Source of the DNA: a virus
Length of the DNA: 64,000 bases
IMG/VR virus record: IMGVR_UViG_3300006735_000013
Span: 64,001-128,000 of that record
Direction: 5' to 3' (one strand)
Shown here: positions 19,674 through 29,987 of the stretch, piece after piece
How the letters are laid out: every line of letters starts with the position of its first letter
Position numbering within the stretch: position 1 is the first letter of the stretch
Notes under the pieces: model-generated
Database searches by the model: none
What the model saw: only the letters and a program-made list of their open reading frames with translations
What the model was told of the DNA's origin: nothing
Program-made: the position numbers and the translations under genes

Positions 19674-21266
19674 CTATTTGCCGCCGGCTTGAGCGTTTGG
19701 TACTATAGCTGATGAAGGGTTTGTTTTGGAGACGGGCGTGAGGCCCAATAGTCTACCCAGTACCTCTGCTGCTTCCTTGCCAAAGAACATGGCCATCTTC
19801 CCGGCAAGGTCCTTGTCCATACCTGGTATCTTTCCTGCAAAGAACTTCATCATTTCAATATTCGCTAGCTGTATCGTAACTAGGTCCCCAATGCCCTTTG
19901 CTTTCTCAGCTGCAGATATAGTCTTTGCAAGGAATCTGCTTGTCTTCTGAAGATTAGTGATATCTACGCCAGCAACTAGTGATTTGTCAAAATCACCTTT
20001 GGCTCCGAGGGCTCGCGCGAGCATATGCGGTACAAATTGTTCGGAAACCATTTTGTCCTGGAGGCCTTTGTGTGTGGGTCCAAATATACCTATTCTTTTC
20101 GCGTTATCTCTTATGGAATTGTTCAGTTCTATCATCGCCCTAGTCATTGGCCCTTGTTGGTTCTTTATTCCTTTTGAGAGGCCGGCTATGGCATTGCCCA
20201 GGTCTTTTCCTCTTTTGTTTATTATCTTGTCCGGAGAAGTCTCTTGCATCTTTTTGAACTCTCCGGTCTTGTCCATTTTAAGGTCGCCTCTTAGAAACTT
20301 TCTTGTCTCAGCGACTGAACCCAGACCTAGAGTGTCCTTGAGGGCTAGGAGCTCAAATTTGCCCATCTCTTCAACATTGCGACCACTCTTTGTTATTTCG
20401 TTTCTTATTGTCTCTGCTCTTTCTGCCTCAGTCTTATTTAGTAAGTCGATACTGTTGAAAACAGACGTGCCTAAGATTTGATTTAACTGACCTGCTTTCT
20501 GTGCTGAACCCTGAAAGGTGTCCATGGAAGATCCGAAAGCGCCTGCTAAAGATTGGAAGTCCACACCTGTTGTTCTTGCCATTTTCTGAAGTTTAACAAA
20601 GTTGTCCATAAATTTGTCTGAGGTATAGGCAAAGTCCTTTTGAGCTATCCTGAAGTTATCTGTTAGAATATCTGGTGCGATGGCAAATTCTTTTGTAGTA
20701 TGTACCAACTGTGCAGTCATCTTATTTAGACTGTCCTCCGACATATTAAACGCCATAACTCCTTCTTGCATTATCTGAGCAAAAGAGTTCATCTCGAAGC
20801 CGGCTCCAGAAAGGACTACAGAGTTTTTCATTAGGGATTCGCTAAACTTTTCTGATACAAAAGGCATCGCTGTAAACTGATCCCTGAAAGCTTTAGTTAC
20901 CGCTATTCCTTCCTTAAAGTTGCCAAATAGTTTATAACTGGCATCGTTGGCGCTTGAAATGGAGTTTGCAAACTTGTCCATCTGGTCGGTGTAACCAGAC
21001 TTAAAGAATTCACTCATCTCATTTCTGAATACGGATACTCCGTCAAATAATGATTTAAACCCTCCTATAAGTTCTTTGGTCGAACCAAGTGCTTCGTTTA
21101 TTGATGTTTGAAGATCGCCGGCGCCGAGGCCTTTAACTGCCTGCTTGACGTCTGTCGCGACTTTAGCGGCGCCGCTGTCACGAATCTGCTGGGCGGTCTG
21201 CTGAGCTTTACCCGCGGCCTTTCTTCCTGCTTCGCCTGCATTTTTTGAGTCGTCGCCTCCTGCCAT
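19674..21266 (-). CDS. tape measure protein
   Basis: 530 aa, helical and Ala/Gly/Lys-rich; canonical position after the tail chaperones. Confidence 0.65.
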   Translation of the reverse strand: MAGGDDSKNAGEAGRKAAGKAQQTAQQIRDSGAAKVATDVKQAVKGLGAGDLQTSINEALGSTKELIGGFKSLFDGVSVFRNEMSEFFKSGYTDQMDKFANSISSANDASYKLFGNFKEGIAVTKAFRDQFTAMPFVSEKFSESLMKNSVVLSGAGFEMNSFAQIMQEGVMAFNMSEDSLNKMTAQLVHTTKEFAIAPDILTDNFRIAQKDFAYTSDKFMDNFVKLQKMARTTGVDFQSLAGAFGSSMDTFQGSAQKAGQLNQILGTSVFNSIDLLNKTEAERAETIRNEITKSGRNVEEMGKFELLALKDTLGLGSVAETRKFLRGDLKMDKTGEFKKMQETSPDKIINKRGKDLGNAIAGLSKGIKNQQGPMTRAMIELNNSIRDNAKRIGIFGPTHKGLQDKMVSEQFVPHMLARALGAKGDFDKSLVAGVDITNLQKTSRFLAKTISAAEKAKGIGDLVTIQLANIEMMKFFAGKIPGMDKDLAGKMAMFFGKEAAEVLGRLLGLTPVSKTNPSSAIVPNAQAGGK

Positions 21267-21291
21267 GATCTTGTAACCTCCTCTTCTCTAG

Positions 21292-21298
21292 TAAATAG
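21292..21298 (-). promoter_or_regulatory. candidate late promoter CTATTTA (TMP operon)
   Basis: CTATTTACTAGAG; motif recurs upstream of structural genes. Confidence 0.6.
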
Positions 21299-21307
21299 GG
21301 CCTACAA

Positions 21308-21479
21308 CTAATTGTTTTCGCTTGAGGACTCATAGTATTTGTGAAGTCGGTCAAAAAACCAACTTCTCAGGCCAATAGGTAGGGAGTAGGCCTCAGAAAA
21401 AGAAAAATTTCCATGTTTTACAAGTGAGAAGATTTGTTCGTAAACAACTGCTTCAAGATACTCTTCACTCAGACCAAAA
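21308..21479 (-). CDS. gp51-like tail chaperone extension, probably reached by a +1 frameshift
   Basis: FGLSEEYLEAVVYEQIFSLVKHGNFSFSEAYSLPIGLRSWF; no convincing start or RBS of its own; overlaps the end of the upstream gene at TGG TTT TGG. Confidence 0.6.
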
Positions 21480-22337
21480 CCAGCCCAAAGAGAAGGGCAC
21501 CTCCTTTGCAAGGTCTGCGTTACAGGAAGGGCAAGTAATGTTTGTTGCCATATCCATGGATGGTGTGCAGCTGTTATGTGCTTTTGTAATTTTTCGAATA
21601 TCAGATGTAGGTATAACCTCGCAAAGCTGATTTATCATAACTTCATCCACAATATCATTAGCTGAGATGATAACCTTTCTGAGAAATTCAACTGTTTCAC
21701 TACACTCTATGTTTAGCTGTTTCTTCTTTTTTATTGTTAGTCTGAGGTGTTCTCGATCTTCTGGTGTTAGAACTCTTATCTTTACTTTTATATCAGTCAT
21801 TGGCAAAGTCATGCAAACCAGCCCTGAACCTTCCTCTATTGTCCAGTCTCCCTCTTCATTGCTAGCTGTTGATTGCTCCAGGATCTTAGAAATGCTGGCT
21901 GCAGTTTCAAATTTGTGGCCACAATGATCGCATGCTACCGACAAATCTATGCCATCGCCATATCCAGTCTTTCTGGCATGCAAGAGGATGGCCATCTTGT
22001 CGCAGTCTTGCATATCTTTTGCAAGAACGCCAGGAGTAGTAACAATTGAATCAATTAGTCGGTTAAAGACCGTCCCTTCATTCACAAAGCTTTCATTCAT
22101 TATGATGTCTTCTTCTTTGGCAGTCATCGCTTTTATTTCGACCGATTCCAAACCAAAAAGGGGGCTGTTTTCAGAATAGAATTTGCCTGCACTTGGAAGC
22201 TTCACAATCTCTTTATTAACTACAAAAGAAAGCCCAAATGGATTTGAACTTTCTTTAGTTTTTGGCATATCTGGTATTGGTGGTCTCGTGGTGGGTGCAG
22301 CTTGGTTAGCTGCGATTCTCTTTTGATTTCTTGACAT
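21465..22337 (-). CDS. baseplate hub assembly / tail assembly chaperone (gp26-like)
   Basis: VKLPSAGKFY, MTAKEEDI, ARKTGYG, two CxxC motifs, ends WFW. Confidence 0.8.
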   Translation of the reverse strand: MSRNQKRIAANQAAPTTRPPIPDMPKTKESSNPFGLSFVVNKEIVKLPSAGKFYSENSPLFGLESVEIKAMTAKEEDIIMNESFVNEGTVFNRLIDSIVTTPGVLAKDMQDCDKMAILLHARKTGYGDGIDLSVACDHCGHKFETAASISKILEQSTASNEEGDWTIEEGSGLVCMTLPMTDIKVKIRVLTPEDREHLRLTIKKKKQLNIECSETVEFLRKVIISANDIVDEVMINQLCEVIPTSDIRKITKAHNSCTPSMDMATNITCPSCNADLAKEVPFSLGWFWSE

Positions 22338-22378
22338 ATTTCCTCTTTATAACAAACAAAATAAAAAACTAGATAACG

Positions 22379-23002
22379 CTATATCAGTCGGCCGCCGCCA
22401 GTGTCGTCGGCCTGAAACTGTCGGGCGCCTGTTGTGCCGGTCTTGTTGAAAGACCATATTCCACCACCTTCTACAGCATCCTTGCCTGTTGGCAAACCTT
22501 CAATCACTGCATAATCGTACTTCATGGTGATCGTAATATTTACTAACTCATCTTGACTATAGTCAAGTGTATCAAATTCCACGCCAGTTATCAAGGGGTT
22601 TTTTATTCGCCATGTTTCGATTGGGGTGCCATTATCGGCATCCAGTTGAGATAACTTTATCTCAGTACCCAGAGACTCAACCATAGCTTTCTTAGATATA
22701 GTAGTGGCGCCGGATTGACTATAGTCATGCGGAATTACATAGCCAGAATTTTCTAGCATCTTATATAGACTCTTTGTAGAGTCAGGCTGGACTGGGTCCA
22801 CAAGAGTAATCGTTATATCTTGCCAAGTAACACGACCTGGATAATAAAATTCATAATTCAAGAATTGATGTGGCGTGGTGGCCACCTGAAAAGAGGGTTT
22901 CTTTACGCTCTTCACAATAAACTGAGGCACTCCTGTCCAATAAAGAAGCCATCTAAACTTCCTCTTTGGCTCAACGCTCTTTTCTGTCCAAAATCTTGCC
23001 AT
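22379..23002 (-). CDS. tail tube protein (gp19-like)
   Basis: EPKRKFRW, YYPGRVTWQDITITLVDP, LDYS...ITMKYDYA; follows the sheath gene. Confidence 0.88.
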   Translation of the reverse strand: MARFWTEKSVEPKRKFRWLLYWTGVPQFIVKSVKKPSFQVATTPHQFLNYEFYYPGRVTWQDITITLVDPVQPDSTKSLYKMLENSGYVIPHDYSQSGATTISKKAMVESLGTEIKLSQLDADNGTPIETWRIKNPLITGVEFDTLDYSQDELVNITITMKYDYAVIEGLPTGKDAVEGGGIWSFNKTGTTGARQFQADDTGGGRLI

Positions 23003-23053
23003 TGTTATGATCTCCTATTAATATATATTAGCTTCTCTTATTTTTTACTATGT

Positions 23054-25981
23054 TTAGTCATCAAAAGAAGCACCAGTTCGGGTAATAACAAAATCAACTG
23101 CGATAAACTCAATGGCTCTTGCTGGCTTCAAGAAAATCTTTGCATACATAATATTTCTATCGATCAAGTCTGGAGTAGTAGTCGAACTATCCAAGATGAC
23201 CTTGAAATCTGTAAGGCCAAGTCTGGTCTTGACGCTCTCCAAGAATGGCACAACCTGTCCTGTAAAGCGATTCCAGGTTGCTTGAACGTTTTGGTCAAAA
23301 AGTAGCGTATTTGCAATTCGTGAAACTTCTCTCTTTACAAAGATCAAAAGTCGTCGTACGTTGATCCTGTCAAGCGCAGAAGGAGTCATTTGAAGCGTCT
23401 TTTGACCAAAGACCACAAGGCCTTCAGAAACAAAAGAAGCTATTGGGTTTATGTTTGCTTCATACAGTCTGTCTCTATCGGCTGATAGAAGCTGCTCAGA
23501 TGCCTGAAGGACTGGCATGCCCGCGTTGCCCTCGTTGAGGCCGCCGCGGTTGAAGCCTGCAGGTGCAAACCACACCTCGTCTCTCTGCTCTGTATAGCCC
23601 ATAACACCCAAAGCTATAACTGATGGTGGTACCCACACGTCTCGGGCACTCAGGTTGTCTCTGACCTTGACCCAGGGATAGTATGCAGCACCATAACTTG
23701 AATTTATCTGCCTAGCTGTGAGAGCCTTAGCACTCTTTGCTGGGTTTGTCTGGTTCACTCTTTGTTCAAAAGTTGCGCAAATCTTTTCAGATGGCGGAAC
23801 GTAAACATCCGGTAAATCGATAACGGCCAATGCATCCCCTCTTGCTTCGCAAGTTTGGACTAATTTAGTAGTTAGTGATGCATTTGATACGCCGGGTATG
23901 GTCGCAAGGTTCATCTCTAAGAATTCTGGATCCTTGATCAGCTCAATTGCGCGATCAATACTAGCGTGCGGTGAGCTGTTTCTAGAATTGCTGTCACTGT
24001 TCACAATTCTCATATTGAACGGGTCAGCCTCTAGTATGTTAACTCCGTCGAAGCCTGCAACCATTGGCATGGTAAAACCATCTACAACATCCAAGAGTGC
24101 TGAGGCTGAAAGTGCCTGGGCCTGAGCACCTCCACCTGCAGTAAAGGAGTCTCCCGAGTTAAAAGACCCTGATTCGAAGCAAACCTTTGTAGGGTTGAAT
24201 CCGGACATTTCATTTGAGAGCATGACGGCGCCGGTAACGACAACGTCATCCAATGAAAACACATATGCGTGTTTGCCAGCTGACGCGATTCCAGATACCT
24301 GCTCACCCACCAAAGCTGCGGAGGATACTGTCCCAAATCTTCTTAGGTAATCCTTTACTCCAATGTTGACAGAAGAGTAATTTAGCTTTCCAGCACTAGC
24401 AGATCCAGCTAATTTATTGTATTCTGCGTGACCCAAAATATATTGGGCGCCTAGGCCATTAGCTAACGTTCCAGATACTACATGTGGAACCTGTGGCCAC
24501 CTGACAGAAATCGCAGTGTCGAACTCATCGACCATGATCGATCCTGTTACCCAAGTGCTGCCAAACGGCAGAATTCTTGCTTGACCACTACGAGGACTTG
24601 CCTCAAGAAATTTTGCTGTTGTATTATCTTCGTTCTTTGGAACGATTGGGCCCAAGAATCCAAAAGGCACTGATGCTGGGTTATTTGGTCCTGATTCTAA
24701 AACATCTAAATTCATCTCTATTCTAATGAAGTTAGATTGATTCGGGTGACTTCCATAGACCCTATTTCTCTTTTGTGTTGAATCCCACTTGAGATACTGA
24801 TCTCCTATTCTTCTTGCAATGAAGTCCGTTGAGTTCGGATTCAGGTTTAGGTTCTCAAAAGAGTCAACAACAACAATACGGCGGCCGGCGCGCTGACGGA
24901 CAACGACATCAAATCTTCCGTACTGGTCAACACTTCCGGGGGCTGCAATCTTTATATTCTCTATTCTAACACTCAGGTTCATACCTTCTTCGCCTTCCTG
25001 AAGTGCGTGAAACCTGAAAAGCCTTTCTTGTGACTGTCCGACGAAGCCTGCGTCGCGGCCGCCGCCGAATTGAGGAAATATCCAGCCCGAGGATGCTGCA
25101 GAAAGCTCGTGGTTTTTGCTCTTGAAGTCCTCCATGTTTTCTGCTAATTTTGCAGCGAAAACGCAAATGCCGGTTGAACTACTTGCGTAAAGCCTTTCGT
25201 ACTCTTCTTCAAATGTCTCACCTAGCCAGTAGTTCGCAGCAAGAGATGCACCTGGAGGCGTCATAACTAGGCTGTTTGTAGCTACAGGGTTAGTGTTCAA
25301 GCGATCTCTTATGTATTTAGAGCCTTCTCTCATTGTGACTTTTCTTTCTAGTTTTGCGCCGCTGCTAGCTGACAAGACCACAGTAAATTCATGGCCGCTA
25401 AGCTTGACTGGTTGTGTTGGGTCTGCGCCGGCCGTTGCAACAGAAGTCTTTGTTGTTCCTGATCCGCTGATCAGCTCCTCTCCTTTTACACCGACAGAAA
25501 AGTTTGCCTCGTCGGTGTACACAATAGCGCCTAAGTGCGCCGTAAGGCTGTGGGTGTTTACACCGGAGCCACTATGCATAAAGAATAGCCCGTAAGCATT
25601 ACCTGTAGAGAGTGTCCAACCTGCTTCACCATTGGCGTCTGACGCATCGTCGCCCTGGACGCCTAGTAGTCTTATATATGTGACTGGTGAGTTTATGTCT
25701 GCATTCAAATAGGCCTGTGCCGCATATGTGCCATACGCTGGTGCTAAGAGGCCGTTGCCTTCTCTCCATGGATCACCCCCTTCGTTTCCTGGAAGTGGTT
25801 CACCGAAGACCTCCACAAATTCTTGAAAAGAGCTGACCTTTACAGCTTTCATTGCTGGGCCTCTTCTTGCTCGACCAATAATCACGGGTCCTACGCCACC
25901 TGGAGCTTTTGGCAACTGACTGTTGTCAATCTCGTTTAGGAAAACACCAGGTGATATAAATTTAAATTTCTTAGCTGACAT
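23054..25981 (-). CDS. contractile tail sheath protein (gp18-like)
   Basis: FISPGVFLNEID, YYPWV, VPPS, WFAPAGFNRG, LYEANINPI, GQKTL, RINVRRL, KPARAIEFI. Confidence 0.96.
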   Translation of the reverse strand: MSAKKFKFISPGVFLNEIDNSQLPKAPGGVGPVIIGRARRGPAMKAVKVSSFQEFVEVFGEPLPGNEGGDPWREGNGLLAPAYGTYAAQAYLNADINSPVTYIRLLGVQGDDASDANGEAGWTLSTGNAYGLFFMHSGSGVNTHSLTAHLGAIVYTDEANFSVGVKGEELISGSGTTKTSVATAGADPTQPVKLSGHEFTVVLSASSGAKLERKVTMREGSKYIRDRLNTNPVATNSLVMTPPGASLAANYWLGETFEEEYERLYASSSTGICVFAAKLAENMEDFKSKNHELSAASSGWIFPQFGGGRDAGFVGQSQERLFRFHALQEGEEGMNLSVRIENIKIAAPGSVDQYGRFDVVVRQRAGRRIVVVDSFENLNLNPNSTDFIARRIGDQYLKWDSTQKRNRVYGSHPNQSNFIRIEMNLDVLESGPNNPASVPFGFLGPIVPKNEDNTTAKFLEASPRSGQARILPFGSTWVTGSIMVDEFDTAISVRWPQVPHVVSGTLANGLGAQYILGHAEYNKLAGSASAGKLNYSSVNIGVKDYLRRFGTVSSAALVGEQVSGIASAGKHAYVFSLDDVVVTGAVMLSNEMSGFNPTKVCFESGSFNSGDSFTAGGGAQAQALSASALLDVVDGFTMPMVAGFDGVNILEADPFNMRIVNSDSNSRNSSPHASIDRAIELIKDPEFLEMNLATIPGVSNASLTTKLVQTCEARGDALAVIDLPDVYVPPSEKICATFEQRVNQTNPAKSAKALTARQINSSYGAAYYPWVKVRDNLSARDVWVPPSVIALGVMGYTEQRDEVWFAPAGFNRGGLNEGNAGMPVLQASEQLLSADRDRLYEANINPIASFVSEGLVVFGQKTLQMTPSALDRINVRRLLIFVKREVSRIANTLLFDQNVQATWNRFTGQVVPFLESVKTRLGLTDFKVILDSSTTTPDLIDRNIMYAKIFLKPARAIEFIAVDFVITRTGASFDD

Positions 25982-26042
25982 ATGAATAAATCTCCTCGAT
26001 ACGGGCTTTCTTTTGCAAAAACAAAATAAATTATTACTCTAG

Positions 26043-26049
26043 TAAATAG
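26043..26049 (-). promoter_or_regulatory. candidate late promoter CTATTTA (sheath-tube operon)
   Basis: ACTATTTACTAGAG just downstream of a terminator. Confidence 0.65.
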
Positions 26050-26076
26050 TTAGAGATTTTTTCAAAAGTATAAAAG

Positions 26077-26109
26077 AAAAAAAAGAAAGCCCCGGGCTGA
26101 GCCGGGGCT
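26077..26109 (-). terminator. intrinsic terminator
   Basis: AGCCCCGG-CTCAGC-CCGGGGCT followed by TTCTTTTTTTT. Confidence 0.88.
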
Positions 26110-26138
26110 GTAAAGGCAAGATATTTTAGGTAGGGTTT

Positions 26139-29100
26139 TTAGCTAGCGACATACTTGATAACGATTTCGTCACCAACGTTGATGTCAGTGCCTGCACTGA
26201 ATACCAGTCTTGATGAGTCAATCTTGTAATCCCAGTGGTCAGTAATGCCTGTGGCAGAACTTGAGAGGGACAAGTGAAGACCGTTGATATATACGGAAAC
26301 ACAGTTATCAGATGATGGTGTACCGGATAGTGGCAAATAATCGTACTTCGCTGACCCATCACTGTCGAAGGATGCAGTTGCAACTGCACGATCGATGACA
26401 TGCGAAAGACTGAAGACACCATTTGTAGCCTGAAGTCCGGCGCCTGCTTGGGCGGTTACAAGATCCTTGATGGATTCCTTCTTTACGTCTCCGTCATAGT
26501 CGCCATCCATGAACATGAAGTAATCGCTACCGACTGCGACGGCTGCTATCTCGGCGTCGACCTTTGATCCACTAAGAGACAAAGTTGTGCCGACAGTAAC
26601 ATTATCCGCAGTCACACCATAGATGGTCGCGACGCCAGAACCGGAAAAGATGCCATTCGCCATTGACAGGCCGCCCTCAGCAGTGAGAGAGCCGAATGAA
26701 CTCGTACCAGTTGAGGTAATAACACCACAACCAATAGTTCCGATTGTTGCAATATTCTTACTTGCATCCAGGACTACAGCCTTGTTACCGGCGGCTGTAC
26801 CATCGGTAATTCCGTCAAGCTTTTCAAGATCTGTCTCATTAAGGTCAGCTGAGCCAATGACAAAGCTAGATCCAGCGGTGATTGAACCTGAAGAAGCGAT
26901 AGCTCCTGTAGACTTCATCGTACCGACCATTTCTAGATTTCCTGAACCAGATATGAGGCCATTGACTGTAATTCCTGCGGCGCCATTGACAGTCAAAGCA
27001 TCAGTTGTCATCTTGTAGATAGTCGAAGTTCCAGAACCTGAAACTACGCCATTGACAGTCAGACCATCAGATGTAACCTTGTGGATAGTCGCGACACCAG
27101 AACCGGATATGATACCTGTGACATCGACACCTGCTGGCTTGACTGCTGCAATAGTTGATCCTGCGATCGCGTGAAGCATCTTTGTGCCAGTGTGCTCATA
27201 AAGCACAGAAGCAACAGTGTCGCTGCCCTGCTTGCCACCAACCTGGAGACCACCACCATCAGCTTGTGCTGAAGATGCAGAAAGAGCCGAGACAAGCAAT
27301 TTATCCTGGATCTGCAATGTGTTCACGGTTTCTGTAACACTGTTGATAGTAACAACATCTAGCTCATCGATTCTAGCGTAAGAAGCACTAAGTGTGGTAA
27401 TTCCACCAATGTTCTTATTTGCATCGAGAACTAGAGCCTTGCTAGCAGCTGCAGTACCATTTGTGATACCGTCGAGTTTTTCAAGGTCTGTCTCATTTAG
27501 ATCAGCTGATCCTATGATAAAGCTAGTTCCAGCCGTGATAGAGCCAGATGAGGCCATGTTGCCAGTTGACTCAATTGTGCCAACAACCTCCATTCCAGCA
27601 GAGCTTGAAAGCTTGCCAGTAGTGGTGATCGCTCCACAAGCAACGGTTCCAAGAGTGCCGATGTTCTTGCTGGCATCGAGAACGACGGCTTTATTTGCCG
27701 CGGCGGTACCATTGGTGATTCCGTCAAGTTTCTCAAGGTCTGTTTCGTTCAGATCAGCGCTGCCAATGATAATACTTGTACCAGCTTCAACAGCGCCGTC
27801 ACATTTAAATGATGCAGCAGAGATCTCTCCGGAGCCGGACAGGGTTGAGCCGCCGCTGATAGCGCCAGAAACAAACAATGCATTGCTGCTCTTGTAGTAT
27901 GTCAGGCCTGCGTCGCCGCCTAGTGCGTTACTATCGTTAAACTGAACTTGGGTATCAGTACCGCCTGCAAGTGATGCAATAAGCTCTGAAACCTTAATCT
28001 TCTTTGGCACCAATTCGCCGTCGACGTGAATTGCTAATAAGTCATCATCAGCTGCAGAGCCTTGTGTTGCAAGCCCAGTAAGTGAAAGCATTAGTGCTGG
28101 TTTATTGTCTCCAGAACTTGCTATACCACCTGATGATGAGACAGCAATCTGTTCTGCTGAAATTGTTAATCGTTTTGCCATGGATCCTCCTCCCGAGGCG
28201 GAACCACCTGACATACCTGAAATGGATGCATTTGTGGTTCCGAGTGTTGTTATTGTGACATTACCTGCTGTACCTTCAACATCATTTTCTAAACTAACTT
28301 CTGTTCCGCTGACTGTTGCCGTGATTCCAATCGGCAAGGTATTGATTGTTGATGCAAAATATGCTGCGAACTCGGTACCATCTAGACTGCCACCGGAGCT
28401 CGGGGCATGCCTTACAGAGTAGACTGGTTCATCTGGTGCATAAAGGTTTGCAATCCTATGTCCCGTTGATGAGTGATCATCTTTTGAGATGTGGGCTGCA
28501 GCCTTGGCAGTCGTCGTCCAACTACCTGAAGCTCTCTTGATTCTGAACTTCAAGGGGCCGTTTTCAACACCGTTTGCATCTGTCCTAAAGTTCAAGTAAT
28601 AAGTACTGTCCCTTGAGGCTGTGGTGATATTGATCTCTCCTGCTGTTTTTGCAGCGTTCAAGATATCTTTCAGCTCTTCTGCAATGTTATCGCCATCAAC
28701 ACCAGCATTGTTAGTATTAATGCTATAGTTACCTGCTGAGTCCTTACGAGCATAAGATGCTCCTGAAACGTCTGCGGTAAAAGTTCCAGTATTTATCAAA
28801 GTTACGTTGACAGTGTTACCATCGGCATCCGTAAACTCATATATCAGAGGCGTACTGCCGCCCGTTGACATGTCCTTAAAATCAGCATTAGTTTGGCTGT
28901 CAGCAACAAAACTAATGTACATGAAGTTTTTGTTTGTGGACGAGTTCTGATATAAAGTCAGAGCTTTTGACGCATTTCCGTTGAATGCGTTATTCGAACT
29001 ACCTAATGCTGATGAGCCAGACAAAGCATCTGTGCCGGCACCAGTTGTATTGGTAACTGCAAAGGTTACCTGCCCAAATCCGTCGCCTGTACCATCACTT

Positions 29101-29165
29101 AGCGTAATCTTAGCATACTGCGCTGGAGCCGATGAAAAATCAATCGTTCCTGTAGCTTTTGCCAT
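26139..29165 (-). CDS. Gly/Ser/Thr-rich fibre-like virion protein (1008 aa) with three internal repeats
   Basis: Composition, three IIGSADLNETDLEKLDGIT.GTAA..KA.VLDA.KNI repeats, C-terminal VYINGL..DY..F..DEI.IKY domain; lies between the neck and sheath genes. Confidence 0.7.
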   Translation of the reverse strand: MAKATGTIDFSSAPAQYAKITLSDGTGDGFGQVTFAVTNTTGAGTDALSGSSALGSSNNAFNGNASKALTLYQNSSTNKNFMYISFVADSQTNADFKDMSTGGSTPLIYEFTDADGNTVNVTLINTGTFTADVSGASYARKDSAGNYSINTNNAGVDGDNIAEELKDILNAAKTAGEINITTASRDSTYYLNFRTDANGVENGPLKFRIKRASGSWTTTAKAAAHISKDDHSSTGHRIANLYAPDEPVYSVRHAPSSGGSLDGTEFAAYFASTINTLPIGITATVSGTEVSLENDVEGTAGNVTITTLGTTNASISGMSGGSASGGGSMAKRLTISAEQIAVSSSGGIASSGDNKPALMLSLTGLATQGSAADDDLLAIHVDGELVPKKIKVSELIASLAGGTDTQVQFNDSNALGGDAGLTYYKSSNALFVSGAISGGSTLSGSGEISAASFKCDGAVEAGTSIIIGSADLNETDLEKLDGITNGTAAANKAVVLDASKNIGTLGTVACGAITTTGKLSSSAGMEVVGTIESTGNMASSGSITAGTSFIIGSADLNETDLEKLDGITNGTAAASKALVLDANKNIGGITTLSASYARIDELDVVTINSVTETVNTLQIQDKLLVSALSASSAQADGGGLQVGGKQGSDTVASVLYEHTGTKMLHAIAGSTIAAVKPAGVDVTGIISGSGVATIHKVTSDGLTVNGVVSGSGTSTIYKMTTDALTVNGAAGITVNGLISGSGNLEMVGTMKSTGAIASSGSITAGSSFVIGSADLNETDLEKLDGITDGTAAGNKAVVLDASKNIATIGTIGCGVITSTGTSSFGSLTAEGGLSMANGIFSGSGVATIYGVTADNVTVGTTLSLSGSKVDAEIAAVAVGSDYFMFMDGDYDGDVKKESIKDLVTAQAGAGLQATNGVFSLSHVIDRAVATASFDSDGSAKYDYLPLSGTPSSDNCVSVYINGLHLSLSSSATGITDHWDYKIDSSRLVFSAGTDINVGDEIVIKYVAS
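26750..27790 (-). repeat. three ~130-nt imperfect coding repeats in the fibre gene
   Basis: ADLNETDLEKLDGIT occurs three times (around 26830, 27490 and 27735). Confidence 0.9.
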
Positions 29166-29253
29166 TATAATTCCTCCTGTTTGTTGTTCTCTTAACAGGT
29201 TCTCTAAATTACAAAATAACTAAAATGTATTGGGAATAAAGCTAATGAAACTT

Positions 29254-29658
29254 TTAACTTTTTATGAATATAACGCGATCTTCTGGACTGGACGGAAACT
29301 GAATACCATAACCTTGTTCTGGGACTCCATACTCTAATCTGAGAGAGTTGAGGTCCTCTAAAGCTTGCTGATTTAAAGAGTTGATCGCCGCGAGGTGCTC
29401 TTTCTTCTTTCTATCGTACTCTATAACTAGTTCGGCGAGGCGGCTTTTGTGTATCTTTACCGAAAGTAATTTTTCATACACACCTCTTGACTCTTCTTTT
29501 CCACATTCTACATAATCTGGAAACTCCTCATCAGATGGTTCGGGCTCTTCTTGTGGTGCCTCTTCCTGTTCTTGGGGTATTTCCTGTTCTGGTGCTGGTG
29601 CGATTATCTCTTCTTCTATGGTGGCCACCAATTCTTTTAGCTTATCTAGGATGCTCAT
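29254..29658 (-). CDS. hypothetical protein (~134 aa)
   Basis: Start re-called at MSILDKL with GGAG upstream. Confidence 0.6.
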   Translation of the reverse strand: MSILDKLKELVATIEEEIIAPAPEQEIPQEQEEAPQEEPEPSDEEFPDYVECGKEESRGVYEKLLSVKIHKSRLAELVIEYDRKKKEHLAAINSLNQQALEDLNSLRLEYGVPEQGYGIQFPSSPEDRVIFIKS

Positions 29659-29674
29659 CTTGCTACCGCTCCGT

Positions 29675-29917
29675 TTATGAAAAAAGTATTTTTTTAAGAT
29701 TTCTAACATTGTTGTCAAATTTGCAAAAATCAGACTCTAAAAATTCTATTGATCGGGATCTACACAGCTCTTCCTTATCTTCGAATTCAAAATGAAACTT
29801 TCCCGTGCTTTGTCGAAAGCACTTCAATAACTTATGACCTCGAAGCTGCAAGTATGCTGCAATTCCTATATCGCTCGTAGAAAAGCTATTTTGTAAATCG
29901 TTATCTTGTTCTGACAT
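29675..29917 (-). CDS. DUF5659-like small protein
   Basis: FSTSDIGIAAYLQLRGHKL...FHFEF pattern. Confidence 0.55.
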   Translation of the reverse strand: MSEQDNDLQNSFSTSDIGIAAYLQLRGHKLLKCFRQSTGKFHFEFEDKEELCRSRSIEFLESDFCKFDNNVRNLKKILFS

Positions 29918-29987
29918 CTTTCTCTCCGTTAAATTAGCCGGCTATGAATTTGTTATTATAACATAATTAGACGGGGAGTTGAGGTTT

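Noticed and set aside
15829-25981. Bacterial contractile injection system or tailocin locus
   Set aside because: Capsid, portal, terminase and replication genes are contiguous with it, so it is a phage tail module
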